64,000 nt of DNA from the human T2T-CHM13v2.0 reference genome, Homo sapiens. A program made the position numbers and the translations under genes. The notes beneath the pieces were generated by a model, which was given only the letters and a program-made list of their open reading frames with translations, had not been told where the DNA came from and ran no database searches. This document shows positions 17,939 through 33,890 of this stretch, in pieces. Location: assembly GCF_009914755.1 (NCBI RefSeq), contig NC_060937.1; one strand, given 5' to 3'. Positions within the stretch are counted from its first letter, which is position 1, and every line of letters starts with the position of its first letter.

Positions 17939-18771
17939 GGTGACAGTTAATTTTACGTATCAACATGGAGCGTGTTTGGGCATAAAGCTAACACTTCATT
18001 TGGTGAATTCTGAGTAAAGCAGATTGCTCTCCACAATCTCGGTGAGCCTTTCAATCAAATGAAGACCAGATTAGAACAAAAAGACTAGTTTCCCTAAGCA
18101 AGAGGAAATTGTCTAGAAGAGTGCTGTACTAGTCCCTTCTCACACTACTATAAAGGATTACCTGAGACTAGGAAATTTATAAAGAAAAAGAGGTTTAATT
18201 GACTCACAGTTCCGCAGGCCATATGGGCCATATGCATCTGAGGAGGCCTCAGGAAACTTAACAATCATGGCAGAAGGCGAAGTGGAAGCTGGCATGTCTT
18301 ACATGGCTGGAGCAGGAAGAAGAGAGAGCGAAGGGGGAAGTGCTACACACTTTTAAACAACCAGATCAGATTAGAACTCACTCACTATCACAAGAACAGC
18401 AAGGGGGAAGTCCACCCCCAAGATCCAATCACCTCCCACCAGGCCCTCCTCCAACACTGGGGATTACAATTCAACATGAGATTTGGGTGGGGACACAAAT
18501 GCAAACCATATCAACTGCCTTCCAACTGAACAGCACCATTGGCTCTTCTGGCTCTCCAGCTTGCCAGCATGTTCAGGCCTGAACTGCACCATTAACTATC
18601 CTGGATCTTGGGCCTGCCAGCCCATGCTGCACACTGCAGATTTTTGACTCACTAGCCTCCATAATTTCCTAAGACAAGTCCTTATAATAAATCTTCATAC
18701 ACACACATACAGACACATACACACATACACATCCTATTGGTTCTGTTTCTCTAGATAAATGTGATCAGTAT
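17939..18771 (+). mobile_element. MLT2 (ERVL) LTR split by an MSTA insertion
   Basis: gttaatttta..tcaac start, gagtaaagcagattgctctcc motif, aataaatct + (CA)n + atcctattggttctgtttctcta end. Confidence 0.75.
18125..18513 (-). mobile_element. MSTA-like MaLR solo LTR
   Basis: Termini tgtactagtc...caaaccatatca; TSD agtgc/actgc. Confidence 0.85.
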
Positions 18772-19512
18772 ATCTTCTTTTTTCAGATTTCAAATTTCCA
18801 TAACATATTTTAGTGAGCATTGTCAGAGTTTTCGCTAATGAGGTTAGATTAAAGATGAACAAGCCTGTATTTGTCCTGTGCAAGATACTATGACTGATTT
18901 GTGGTGAAAGAAAATTATTTGAAGCTCTACAGTTTTTAATATAGAAATTATAAATTCTGGACTTTTTGATTTGATCCTAAGAAAACTGTAGTGAAGCTAG
19001 AGACCTCATCTTCTAGTTAGCAGTTGTTAGTGAATAAATATTAGTGAGATAAAAGAAGCTGTACAAAGATGCAGCAAGAAAAGTAATTTGTTTTTGCATC
19101 TATAAAATGAACCTGATATTGCATAATTCATAGGAATATTGAGAGCATTTAGATAAGAAATAGAGATACACATAAAAAAACTTCACATGAACATTCAAAT
19201 GGAGAGTATGATTTTTATTTTAAATTCAGATTATTTAAGAATATTCATTTTCTATTATCTGACTTTCTTTATTCTAGGATACAGACGTAGTAGTGAACAA
19301 AACAAAATCCTCACACTAATGTACATATATTTAAAATAATCCTTTTTAAAAATTACTGTTTCAGGTACATTTCTAATAATTGAATTTAAACACAATGATT
19401 CACAATAAACAGTGCAGTTACTCAAATACATTAAAGGAATAGTATTAACAATACACTGTCATTACCATATTTTTTCCAATATCAGACAACTATTTTGAGG
19501 ATTTAGATAATT

Positions 19513-19515
<3 letters not shown>

Positions 19516-19554
<39 letters not shown>
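19516..19554. repeat. (CA)n microsatellite
   Basis: Direct reading. Confidence 0.97.
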
Positions 19555-19557
<3 letters not shown>

Positions 19558-19829
19558 GGAATGTTTTGCATATTTTCTGGCAGATCAGAGCTACTCATAC
19601 ATACAAATAAATACTACCTTTATTTGCATGTGTGACAGAAGGCAGAATGAAACCAGTTGTATGTATGTAAGCCAAATTGACTTCTTAAAATATCTGTAAA
19701 TAATTAAATATTCTAGTTTAGTGTAGTTATAGTCTATATTCCAGTAATAGGAAAACAACATCTAACCTCCATCTTTAAAATGTGGATAGAATAAAATAGT
19801 AATTTTGGGAACCCCCAGTTAAACTGGGG

Positions 19830-20570
19830 TTCCAATACCAGATTAGCTAGCAACCCTGCCCTAAGGAAAATATAGGAGCAGAACATTAGCGTTTAGTGGA
19901 CCTTCCTTGGGCTACATTTTTAACCTGGTGAATGGGCTAATGCCTATTTGTTGGACCTGTGATCGGGGGTTGGGGGGGCGGGTCCCTCACGTGGGAAACT
20001 TGTTTATACCGGAAGGTGTCCTTGTGACTCTTACCTGGACTCATGTGCTGTTTATGCCTGCCTGACCATCACTCTGGCTCTGGGAGCCTGCCTTTGTGTT
20101 CTCCTCAGCATCCTGGGGAAGCCCACAGTTCTTCAGATAGAAGGCACAAATTAAAAACACCACCACAATAGAAAACAAGCTCAAAGACTTTGTGCTTACA
20201 GATCCTGAGTAAAGAGAGTACAATCAGTAAGGAGGGCCTTCTTTCATCTGTCTGGGTCAGGAAGAGCCATCAGGAGCATACAGAGAGAGTGAGAAATAGC
20301 AGTCTAGTATATATGCGGGAATAGGGTTTGGGTCACTTTGTGCAAATGCCTAAATGATTCCTTTAAAGGAGTTGGCAGGAAAGCAGAAGCCCAGTGGACT
20401 GGGCAGAAGAGATGCCTCTAAGTTCTTATCTCTGGCTACCAGGCTTAGGCCATTTGCGTGTGGTGCAGAACTGGAAACTTTGTCGATGGTGACCAAGCCC
20501 TGCCTAGGAGAAAGTTAAACTTGTTTTCAAAATGGATGCTGAGGTGGGAAAATTATAAGAATTAACTACA
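19830..20570 (-). mobile_element. Old ERVL-class LTR remnant (MER54/MER73/MER74-like)
   Basis: GC-richer block ending aattaactaca with motifs resembling this group; family uncertain. Confidence 0.4.
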
Positions 20571-20690
20571 ATTGGTTACACGTCTTTATCACTAACTTCT
20601 ATTTTCCTTCAAAAGTTAGGCTTGGGTATCTGTAGAATTAAACTTCAAAATTATGTTTATAAGGCTGTTAGTTTTGACCCATAGTTTCAC

Positions 20691-20888
20691 TAATGCTGTG
20701 CTGGTAAATGTTCAACAACTGTTCTCTGAAGCCGATTTTAAGCTGTTTGCAGCTTTCTGTGGTATAAATACTCAAACCGTGGGCAATTTCAAGCAACAAA
20801 CGTATCATTGCTGAATGTGGAGTTAGGAAGAGATGCATAAAATTTGCTCCTGTGAGGCTGTATGAACTGGCTTCAGGATATCACCCAC
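20691..20888. mobile_element. MER63-like hAT DNA transposon remnant
   Basis: tgtgctggtaaatgttcaacaac...ggtataaatactc...gagttaggaagagatgc. Confidence 0.7.
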
Positions 20889-20971
20889 TTCTATCTAGAG
20901 GCCACCTTAAATATAAACAGATATGTAAGTACACAAATTTATATTAAAGTAAGCTGGATTTATTATTCGTA

Positions 20972-21020
20972 TTAGGTTGTTGCAAGAATAATCGCGTTTT
21001 TTTGCGATTATTTTTAATAG
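20972..21020. mobile_element. Partial MADE1 (mariner MITE)
   Basis: TA + ttaggttgttgcaagaataatcgcgttttt resembles the MADE1 TIR TTAGGTTGGTGCAAAAGTAATTGCGGTTTTT. Confidence 0.7.
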
Positions 21021-23117
21021 TATGTATTTTGTTAAATGTAAATTCCTCTCAGGGATTAATTGCCTGCTTCTTGTTTTAATAAATTTTCAAATCCTCTGTG
21101 TTCCACATGTAAAAAATTTCCCTGTTGCAAACTACAGGTTTCAACTCTGATACAAGAATCTAAGGGGCATAAGTAAAAAATAATGAGTGAGAGATGGTGC
21201 CAAAGACAATACATCTATCTTTGTAGAAGAGATTCTAAAAAGCAGAGCCTGAAACAACAGATGAGAAAAGATCTGAGAGTATCTTTAGAAAAAAATGTGT
21301 AAAAACCTGTCATTTTCTTTAATGTTTTAATATAAAACGCTGCTTTGAATAAAAGCATAAATACATTCCTCCAGATTAGTAAATTTTCCTAAGAGGTATC
21401 ATCAATCACATGTGCTCTTTTCAAGAAATAATTAGATTATCTTATGTAAAGTGAGTAGAAAAGTCATTTTTTTCTGCCTGCGGTCAGTATATGTCAATTC
21501 TCACATATTATATATGATTATATTGAACTCAAGAGGTTTTAAAACAACAGAGAATAAGATTTGGAATTTGGAAAGAGAGAAGGAAAAAATCTCTTAAGTT
21601 GCCAGTTGTATTGGAAGTTCACTTTATAACTCCAACTTGATTTAATTTTGAATGTCCTTGTGCCTTGGAATTGAATTCAGAGGCAAGAAAGCTAGCAATT
21701 TACATAATGGAATCTCTCTGGATAAAATCCTTGAGGACATGCTATATTCTAATTGTCACTTCTCTGTTGAAATTTCCTTTTACTATGCCTCAGATGACAG
21801 TTATAAATGCAAGAACAATTAAATTGTTTTAAGGAAGAGGCATAGAGGCTGACATTTGATTTAGAATCCCTGAGAATTAAGAAAACTCACCTGGTGATAA
21901 TATGTCCCCTTTGCACACTAGTAAATTGACCAGTAGTGGGTCCCCAATATAATCTGGTGATTAAATTTTATTGACACTTCAGGGGAAACATTTGTAGGCA
22001 TCTAGACATTATCATTGTTAGCTCACAGGTGTTTGCACCTATTATTTTTAATAAAAATAATGTAAAGAAACATGGCATTACTCATAAAAATCCTGTGACT
22101 GTCTATTCCCATTTCTTTCCATTTTGTATTGTCATAGAATGTCTGATAATTTTATGCTTTAAAAGGACTGAACTAGAATTATGCTATTATTAATTTTAAC
22201 AATCAAGTTAAAGTGAATGTTTTGTGAAACCCAAAGCTGTTTCAAGAGTGGGTAGTAAGAAATTTTAATGTCTGAAGCCATACGTAAAATAGGCCATACC
22301 TAACTTCTATCTCTACGATAAGAACTTTTCTATTTACTTTGAATTAGGTTTGGCTCAACAAAGCATTACTGGGCACAATTTTTGTGCTAAGATGCATGGT
22401 ACATAAACCAACATATTTGACAGAGAATAACAGTACTATAGTGGTACATTTTCTCACACTTAATAATATAAAACTTCTGCAGGCTAAACAGGTAATACAG
22501 AAGGCAGGTTGATTACATTTGTGTGTTTGTGTGTGTGCGCAAGTGTATCTGTGCACAAATGTTAAGATTCAATTGAAAAGGTGATGTCAGACAAGCCTTT
22601 GGATGGAGCAATAATTGTACTGACACACTTATTTGGTGAAGAGGTGTGGAGGACAGTAGATACATTATTACATTAAGTACCTCATGGAATCATTTCCCTT
22701 CTTTATAATGGTTTATTCTTCTTCTGCAAAAAGTTTATTTAAATTTATTAATTAGGATTTTGGAGAGGCAAAATAATTCCATCTGTACATTTTTATGAAA
22801 GCCTCACTACCTTGGTATTTCTTTACCCTTGAGGATTGTCTTAGGACCAAATCCAAAAACATATGCATAAATAAAATCCAGTGACCCTCCCTGCCCAAAA
22901 CAAAATAAGCAACAATATTTTTTCAGATATATCTTTGCAGTCATTTTTTCAAGAAACAGGAATTTACGAGAGCAAGATATGTATACCAGTGATGGTCACA
23001 CTAATAGGGTAGACATTTTATAGGAAGAGGAAACTACATTTTTCTCCATAAAATTAAACTTCAGTTATGTAGTGATACTAGAATGCTTTCATTTAGTGAC
23101 AAATAATCTTATAAAAA

Positions 23118-23350
23118 TAATAATGAGTACATTTGTCAAGAGCTTACCATGTGCCAGGTGTTGTTCCATTGTTATTCACATAAATTCACTTATTGAAGCT
23201 TGATGGCAACCACTCATATAGGTATTATTATTATTCCCCGTATTTAAAGAGGAAATCAAAACACAGAAAGGTGAACTGATTTGCCCCAGGCCCTACAGGT
23301 GATACATAGCAGAGTCCAGATCTCAACTCACAGATTAACCACTCTGCTAT
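23118..23350 (-). mobile_element. MIR SINE
   Basis: gagcttaccatgtgccagg...attattcccc...gaggaaa...tgatttgcccca core. Confidence 0.7.
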
Positions 23351-24652
23351 TGAATGTTTCATGACCATATACACAAATGTCCTTGGGCCTTCTGCTGCAA
23401 TCCCAAGAGTGGAAAATCGACTCTAAGAACATAGTTAATAGCATCATTTTAATTACTTGGCTGACCTTTAAATTATAGTAGATACAACATTTTTAGGCAA
23501 ATACAATTAAAGTACATGCAGCATCAAGTGTCTGTTTTTTTTAACACCTGTATAATCAGCCTTTGCCTGCCATATGGAAAGTGCGTGATTATTTTTCGCT
23601 GAATAGATGAGATGGATGTCATGTTAATCCCACATTGATTCATTTATTTACTGGTTATTTTTTCACATGCTTGTTGTTCATTGAGTCTCAGCACAGGTTA
23701 GGTATTATACTATGCACTTAGAATGTAGAGACTAATATATGAACCAAGCCTCAAGGAGCTCAAAATCAAGTGCAAGTAGACACAGATGTCACCTAAATGT
23801 GATAAATACTAAAGTTATTGAATACGTGTTTACTGATGCTTCTCAGAGAAATCTGAGTCTCTTGTGTGAATATATTGGGGTGTGAGCCTAGTTTTTTAAT
23901 GTTAGAAGTGTTTCAAATAACTGAATAAAATCATATTGGAGAAGAGGTATACTCCTAGCCAATGATGACATTACATTGGCTACGTGATAGTGAACGAACT
24001 TTACAAAGAACTCAATACTTGAGCTATACACAGAGTCCTAAAAACTGTACCAGAAGCCATGGAAGAGTTAAAGCAATTTCCATAGTAAATAATTTAAGTG
24101 CAACATTTTGGATTGGTATTGACAACCTAGAAAGTTGTGCAGTATTGCATTTCCTTTGGTTTGAAATTAAAGTATTATTTCCCAAACCAGTAAATATTAA
24201 ATTATTGAAATCATTGAAGTAAAATTGAGCAACCTGACATGCTCAGGAGAAATTTGAATCAAGGAAGTAACTCCATGATATTTCAAAATGTGGCATAAAG
24301 TAAAGATGATATCTTTCTATATAAGAGAAAATACACTAAAAATTTCAATTTGTTCTCTGACAAGAAAATAATAATAAAATACTGGATAACAAATGAGGTC
24401 ATTTTTCTTCAAGAAATTGTTTTTTTTTCCTCAGATTATCTTGTGTAAAACTGACCTCTAATATGTATTAATGATGCCTCATAAATAAAATATAACGGGA
24501 GAGAAATGAAAACAGAGCTTCTTGTAGAAGCTCATCTCATTTTCTATCCTAGGTAGTGAGCTTTTTTCCCTCCACATCCATCTTCTGTGATTCTAAAGAG
24601 AATAATAAAATACTGTTCTGTAATTAGGGAATGGTTTTTAAATATGTTTTGA

Positions 24653-25066
<414 letters not shown>

Positions 25067-25129
25067 GAGCCTCTTTCTTAAATAAGGTATGGGAGGCTTG
25101 CAGTTCTTTGAACTGTAATGTAGTTGTTC

Positions 25130-25900
25130 ATTACCTTCTCTTATCAGTCTTTTGATTTTGGCATTGTCTGTAGTTATATCCCCTGTTTATCTCTGATATT
25201 AGTAATTTGTAAGCTTTTTATTTTATTCCTCATCAGTGGTGCTAGATATTGTCAATTTTATTGAACTTTTCAAAAATCCAGATTTTTGTTTCACTGATTT
25301 TATGTATTACTTTTCTGTTTTTTGTTTCATTTATTTCTGTGCTTTTTTTATTATTTCCTTCCTTCTGCTTGCTCATGGCTTATTTTGCTCTTCTTCTTTT
25401 TCTAGGTTCTTGAGATAGGAGTTTAGATTATTTATCGGAGATATTTTCTATTTTCTAATGTAAGCATTTAATACTATCAATTTTTTCTCTCAGCACTGCT
25501 TAAATTGTGTCTCATCAATTTGGATATGTTGTATTTTTAGTTTATTTTACTTAAATATATGTATTTCCTTTGAGGATTCCTCTTTGATGCATAGAATTTT
25601 TAAAAAGCATATTGTTTATTTTCAAGTGTTTAGAGATTTGTCCTTTTTTTTCAATTACTGGTTTGATTTTATGGTGGTTAGAACATGCTCTGTAGGACTA
25701 TAATTTTCAAATTTGTTGAAGTTTGTTTTATGGCCAAGAATATGACCTGTTTTGGTATATGTTTCATTAGTGCTTTAAAAGATTACATATTTTGTTATTA
25801 TAACATGTAGTGTTCTGTAAATGTCAATTAGATACTATTGATGGATGGTGTTATTGATTTCTTCTATATTCTTGCTAATTTTTATCTGGTTGTTCTATCT
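25130..25900 (-). mobile_element. Old L1M fragment (ORF2 EN-proximal region)
   Basis: T-rich degenerate L1 sequence (ctcagcactgcttaaa, aaatgtcaattagat). Confidence 0.65.
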
Positions 25901-27289
25901 TGAATCCTCCATTACCCTGTCTTGTGATTTAGGAAAAAAAAAATACCTAATTTCTGAAACTCACTTTTTTTTTCACATGTAAATGGGCTATAGAATATTC
26001 ACTTTTCAGGATACTTAAGAAAAGCAAATAAATATAAAATAAGTGGCATATACAGAGACTTTAAATAATTATAGACTGTATTATTTTCATCTCTAGGATT
26101 TGGGAAATAAAGCAATAACTATCCTGAAATGGAATTACTCTCTGATATATTCTCCCAATCTTATTTCTGTAGATAGTCAGGCCATTACACTCAATTTCTC
26201 CCAAAAGTTAGTTAAAATACTACTAATAATTACATATTACTGTTTGGAACAATCTTTGCTTTGCATTAGGAACAAAATAAGGATATGGTCCACAAAGAAG
26301 AATAACTTATAATCTAGCTGGAGCAAACAGCATGGGCAGAGAACAGTAAAGAAAAGTAAAATAATTTTTATAAGTAAAGTGTTCTTTTAGAAAAGTAAAA
26401 AGCAATTATTTATACCTTGATTAAATTAAAAATGGTGTCATGTAGAGGCTGGTATTCCAACTATTTCTTAAAGAGTGAATAAAACTATTTAAGACAGACA
26501 AAGAGATAGTGATATTGCAAATGAAAAAGGTATACTGGGTATAGCAAACAATCATTATTTTGTCTACAGTATATGGTAAAATAGAGCGATAATATAAAAT
26601 GTGTTTGAAGAATTAGTATAGTGTGAAAAAATTGTTATTTAATATACCATGCTAAGAAGTTTTGGCATTAATCATAAAAGAAAAAGGGAAGGTCATAGAA
26701 AGCTTGACAGCAGGTAACTGAGAATAGTATTTTAATTATAATTTACTAGTTTGAAAAGCTATGAAAAAGTAAAAATTAGTACCACAAATAAGCACTTTTA
26801 AAAATTACAGGATTAAAACAAAGTAATTTATAGAGAGATGATTTTGATCTAGTGGTATACAAAATTGACAGCATCTTCATAAAATGTTCTTATTTTAGTA
26901 ATCATGCTTTGAAACCACTAATTGGCTTATATACTTATACACTATAAGGTGATCTAACACTGTTTTCTTATTTGAACACTTCAGTAAATTAAAAAGCTAA
27001 GCATGTTACCTGAAATCATGGCTGTTTTGCAGACATGGAAATGCAAACAACATGGCTATTTTGAACTCTTGTGTTTGAATCACTAGATTACTTCACTTAA
27101 AATAAAACAATATGATGCATTTTTAAATACTTTATTCAAAATGGTCTTACTTACTCTAGCTGTATAAGTAAGAGCATGGCATAAAAATCAGTTGATGACA
27201 GGCTTTCATGCACTCTATGTGCAGAAATTGTTTCTTCCTTCTTTCTTTTTTTAACAGAGAATAGCAGTAAAATAAAGAAGATAGAATTT

Positions 27290-28885
<1,596 letters not shown>

Positions 28886-29265
28886 ATGTTAAATCTAATC
28901 AAGGCAAAAAAAGTAAAGAAGATAAGATTTGGGAAAATGAGTGATATACATTTTAAACCCTGAGTTACTTTAACGTATCTGGCTTTGGGGAAAGCAAATA
29001 TTTTCTTTGAGCCTTATTTTCCTCACCTTTCAAGTGCAGAAATTAATACTTGCTCTCAAGGTAGGTGTAAATATCAAGAAAGGTGTTATGATATATATCT
29101 TTTTTTATTATTGGTAGTTAATTCTCTACATAGTTTTTGCAACATTTTTACTACCAATGAATTTCTTCTGTATCACATTCTTGATCCACATTTTGCTGAG
29201 AAAGGATAGTTCTCTTTCCTGCTGCTGAAGTGACTGGTCCAATTGTTGCGTTATTACTTTCTAGT

Positions 29266-29728
29266 CGTGAATCCGAAAAATCTGAGACCGGTCTCAGTTA
29301 ATTTAGAAAGTTTATTTTGCCAAGGTTGAGGACGCGTGCCCGTGACACAGCCTCAGGAGTCCTGACAACATGTGCCCAAGGTGGTCAGAACACAGTTTGG
29401 TTTTATACATTCTAGGGAGACATGAAACATGAATCAACATATGCAAGATGAACATTGGTTTGATCTGGAAAGGCTGACAACTCGAAGCAAAGGCGGGAAA
29501 ACTTGAAACGGGGAGGTGGCTTCCAGGTCACAGGTAGATAAGAGACAAATGGTTGCATTCTTTTGAGTTTCTGATTAGCCTCTCCAAAGAAGGCACTCAG
29601 ATATATATTTATGTCAGTGGGCAGAGGGGTGACTTTGAATAGAATGGGAGGCAGGTTGGCCCTAAGCAGTTCCCAGCTTGACTTTTTCCTTTAGCTTTGG
29701 GGGCCCCAAGATTTATTTTCCTTTCACA
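29266..29728 (-). mobile_element. MER4A1-like ERV1 solo LTR
   Basis: Minus strand begins TGTGAAAGGAAAATAAATCTTGGGGCCCC and follows the recalled MER4A1 sequence. Confidence 0.85.
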
Positions 29729-30975
29729 CCGTTTATGATTTTGACATGTTTCTCATACTTAATTTGACCATGTTTCTTCTAACAAATATATTCTATTTTT
29801 ATTTCATTATTTGGCCTGTATTTCACCTCTAAATGAGAATCTTTTCAAAACTGACCAAGTGGCTGTAACCAATACATTAGTGACGCTGTGCTCCTATTTA
29901 AAACTATTCTTACTGGAAAATGAAGTGCACATTCCGATGTGAACAGCTTTTTCAACTTCAAGCCAGGAATCTGATTCTCTACAGGATATTTAAAATTCCA
30001 AACTAATAATCTTATCTATCACATATTAGGAACTATATAAAAAGAAACTTAAGCAAAACTTTAGCTCTGAAATAAATTTCCCAATTCACCACTCCTGTCT
30101 GCTATGATCCTATTTTTTATCCTCTTTGTTTTGGTTGTTATTTTGGTTTTCTGGTCTGTCTTCATCCTTGATTCTTGGCTGCATTTTTCCCAGCACTGAA
30201 GCTAGCTGAGGTCAGTATGGATTTGAGTTACATTGTTTCCATTCTGTCTTTTCTTGTCTACAGCAAACAGCTGTAGATCTCTGTAGTCCTAGAATAGTCT
30301 GATCCTAGCAAAGTACCTTACGCAAGGCATTGTTAATGGGTTACCTTAGCCGCATGAACAATGACCACATAGCTATAAAACCACCATGCCATGACTTTCT
30401 TTTTGGTCCATGCATCAAAGTTATGGTGATGCTCTGTTGTTTGTCATACTACTAAGATAGCTTTTCTTCATTTGCTATTTATAGCCTTTAACATATGCTA
30501 AATTTAGAGAATTGTTTTTCTCCAATTTACAGAAATATCTCTGATATAAATGCTTGAGTTTGAGGAAAAATTCTCTATCAATGCCCAATTATATTTGTGT
30601 AAGCAGTAAATCTGTTTTATTCGTTGGTTACTACTTCAGTATAAGTTTGATATTTTATATACAGAGAATAACAAAGCTCTATAATTTTTGCTTAATGTTA
30701 TAATTCTAAGTAGGCATTGTAGGAAATCTAAACTGTAATAAATTTAGTGCTCTTTATTATATGTATTTGTCATGATTATCACTTACTGTTCATTGATTGC
30801 AGTGCTTTGAAAATCTCACAAGGATCTTTGAGTGATCTGAGTGATGGTTAAATAACAAACATATCTTAATTTATATTGCTTTAGGGTTCATAAAACATTT
30901 CAGATACATTATTTCATTTAATTTGATCCTTTGAAAAACACTGCCCAAAAAAGAGAGAGTAGAGAGAGAGCATAT

Positions 30976-31091
30976 ATTTAGAAAGTTTATTTTGCCAAGG
31001 TTAAGGACATGTGCCCGTGCCACAGCCTCGGGAGTCCTGACAGCATGTGTCCAAGGTGCTCAGAGCACAGTTTGGTTTCATACATTCTAGG
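30976..31091 (-). mobile_element. Isolated 116-bp MER4A1 fragment, copy of 29301-29416
   Basis: Ungapped alignment with 10 mismatches in 116 bp. Confidence 0.9.
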
Positions 31092-31123
31092 AAGGGCATT
31101 CTTATAGGAATATATGCTTTCTC

Positions 31124-31125
<2 letters not shown>

Positions 31126-31157
<32 letters not shown>
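31126..31157. repeat. (CA)n microsatellite
   Basis: Direct reading. Confidence 0.95.
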
Positions 31158-31158
<1 letters not shown>

Positions 31159-32146
31159 TATATATTATACACAAAAATTGAAACTCACTGATTATTTTAC
31201 CAAGGTCACTCAGTTAATGAGAGAGAAACTGATAAATACACCTACACTCACCAATTTCAATTCCAGTGTTTTCCCAATATTGCTATATTTCATTATGTAA
31301 GGGATAAGGAAGAGTTGTAAGATGTTGCAAAGACCTTGCTAAGTTGTGCTAAGTTGTACAGTTATAAACTGGGCTTGTTTATCCACTTGTGGGTTGCAAA
31401 GCTAAGTCTTTTCTTCTTAAAGACTTTCATGAGTTTCTCAAATATATTCTAGGAGTCAGTCTCTCTTTTGGGACAATTCAAACACATGATGTCTTTGTCT
31501 ATACCAATGCAAATGAAAATACGGACCTCTGTACAACTTTCAGTATAGATGTAATTGAGCTGAAATAGCCTTATTCTACTCAGCCACATAAGTCCGACCT
31601 ATTCTCAGAGTCTAATCATTAGAGTTCTACCAACAAATATTGGTCACCTGTGGTATAGTCAAAAGTATAGGGCCATTTGAGATTTATTTGAGGTGGCTTT
31701 GGTGGAGATTCAGAGCCAGTTATCCAATGGCAAAAGTGCCAGCAATAGTTCCCTGGGAACATTTTTCTGGTTATAGGATCTTGACTCTACCTTCCTCCCT
31801 TGGTTCTAGATCAAACCCAGTTCTGTGAATTACTTAATATCCTTTCATAAAAATATATTTTAGTATAAATTAACAGTTTCTGGTTCTGCTTTCCTTTTAT
31901 TCACCAAGAAATATAATACAAACAGTCTTATAATAGGAGAATTAATGAATGACTAAAATAAAAACTTTATACAACTTTCCAATGTTTTTAAATATTTGTT
32001 TTACTTATCTTAATTGTTACAAGGTTATTGTATGGTACATTTGCGAACCATCATTCTGGGTGTATTATTTCCTACTGTGAGAGAAAATACAGTAAACTAA
32101 CACAGTAATTCACTTACTTTAATTCAGTTACTTCAGTTCAGTTGCC

Positions 32147-32445
32147 TTTTTTGTTGTTATTGTTGAGATAGGGGCTTACTCTGTCACTCAGGCTGCAGTG
32201 TAGTTGTGTGAATGGCTCACTGTTGCCTCAGTCTCAGGCTTCAGCCATCCTCCCACCTGAGCCTTCCGCGTAGCTGGGACTATAGATGTTCATCACGACA
32301 CCCAGCTAATTTTTTATTTATTTATTTTAAAAAGCAAGATCTCATTATGTTGCTCAAGTTGATCTTGAACTCCTACGCTCAAGCAATCCTCCTACCTTTG
32401 TTTCCCAAAGCACTGGACTTCCCAGCGTGAGCCACTGTGGCCTGC
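32147..32445 (-). mobile_element. Old Alu (AluJ)
   Basis: Degenerate dimer with atggctcactg and ctcaagcaatcctcc J-type motifs. Confidence 0.88.
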
Positions 32446-33140
32446 TAGTTTCTTATTTTATTCCTGTCAATTACCATTATTTATATAAAGTATATTGGCC
32501 TGCATCTTAATTTCTAGGGATAGCAAGCAGTTCAAATAAATAAGATAATGTTAAACCTAAAAGCTCATAAATTAAAGTCATGGAATTAAGACAGTACGAT
32601 TATGTTTATTAAATATATCACAAAATACAAACAGAATTTGAGAAGAAAATCTGTGCATACTAGTTGCTATGTAGACAAATGGGCACGTGCCATTGTCACA
32701 AAACTGAAATAACTGTATTACTGCTGAGACTTGTAAAGAGGAAAAATATTCAGCTTTTCAAGTGACCTTTAAGAAAATTTTATAGCCTAGAAACAATGAG
32801 CTAATTTTACTAAATTTCTGTTCCCATGATAGTAGTCTTTTCCGAGACAAGTTTGAAAGTAGCTGTGACTTATATAATGTCAAGCCATTTAGAATCTATT
32901 CTCATTATAAATATATTTACAGCAAGTACAATAGACCAAAAAGTAATTGAAAAAGATTTTACATCTCTATTGAAGAAATTCAAAATGCCAAAAATGTGCT
33001 TTTAACACAGAGGAACTTCTTAATTCTTCTTCATATTATATATGCTACACATACTAGAGTTTCCCCAAATTTCTCTTTCCTTTTCAATCTCCTCTAAATT
33101 TTCCATCTATATCAGCCTGGATTGAATTCTAAATTTTTAG

Positions 33141-33890
33141 TCTATTCAGCTAACACTTCTAGATCTGTTCATTTGTTTTCTGTTCAGTAATATTCCCTAC
33201 TTAAATAAATTCACCAGGTGAGCCTTAGAAATCTTCAATTCATCTCTTCAAATATTATCTTGATTTTGCGCATCAAAGTTTACAGAGAAAGCAAAAAATA
33301 ATTCTCTTTAATCAGTACAGGAATAGACGATACTGAGAAGTCTTGCGGTAATACTGTTTTGTCATATTAGAAACAACAAATATTAATATAGAATAATGAT
33401 TTTTATTGTTTTACCAATAATAATGGATTAAAATCATCTAGAGCAAGAACCACAATATAGGTCATTTAGTCCCTTCATAAATATAAAGAATTCTCTCTAC
33501 TCCGTTTGTGTCTGTGTGTATTTCAATCTATTTAACTATCACTTCTGGACCTCTTCATTCGTTTTCCTGCCAGTAAATATGCCCTACTTAAATAATCCAT
33601 TAAGTGAGCCTTAGAAATCAATTTATCTCCTCAAACATTATCTTGATTTTGCACATCAAAGATTTCAAATAGAGAAAGCAAAAAATATTTTTCCTTAATC
33701 AGTACAGGAATGGAAGAGACTGAAAAGTGATGCTGTAATACTTGTTTTGTCATATTAGGAACAATAAATATTAATATGGAATAATAATTTTTATTGTTTT
33801 ACCAGTATTCGTGGGTTAAAATTATTTAGAGTAAGAACCTCAATGTAGTGTCATTTAGTCACTTTATAAATACAAAGAACTCTTTCTTCG

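Noticed and set aside
18217-18234. 9-bp duplication ggccatatg in MSTA near the position where THE1 is interrupted
   Set aside because: Small slippage duplication; two cases do not show a hotspot.
19807-19835. Small palindrome ggaacccccagttaaactggggttcc
   Set aside because: Short and imperfect; similar palindromes at 29282-29297 and 63186-63199 are within chance or are repeat-derived.
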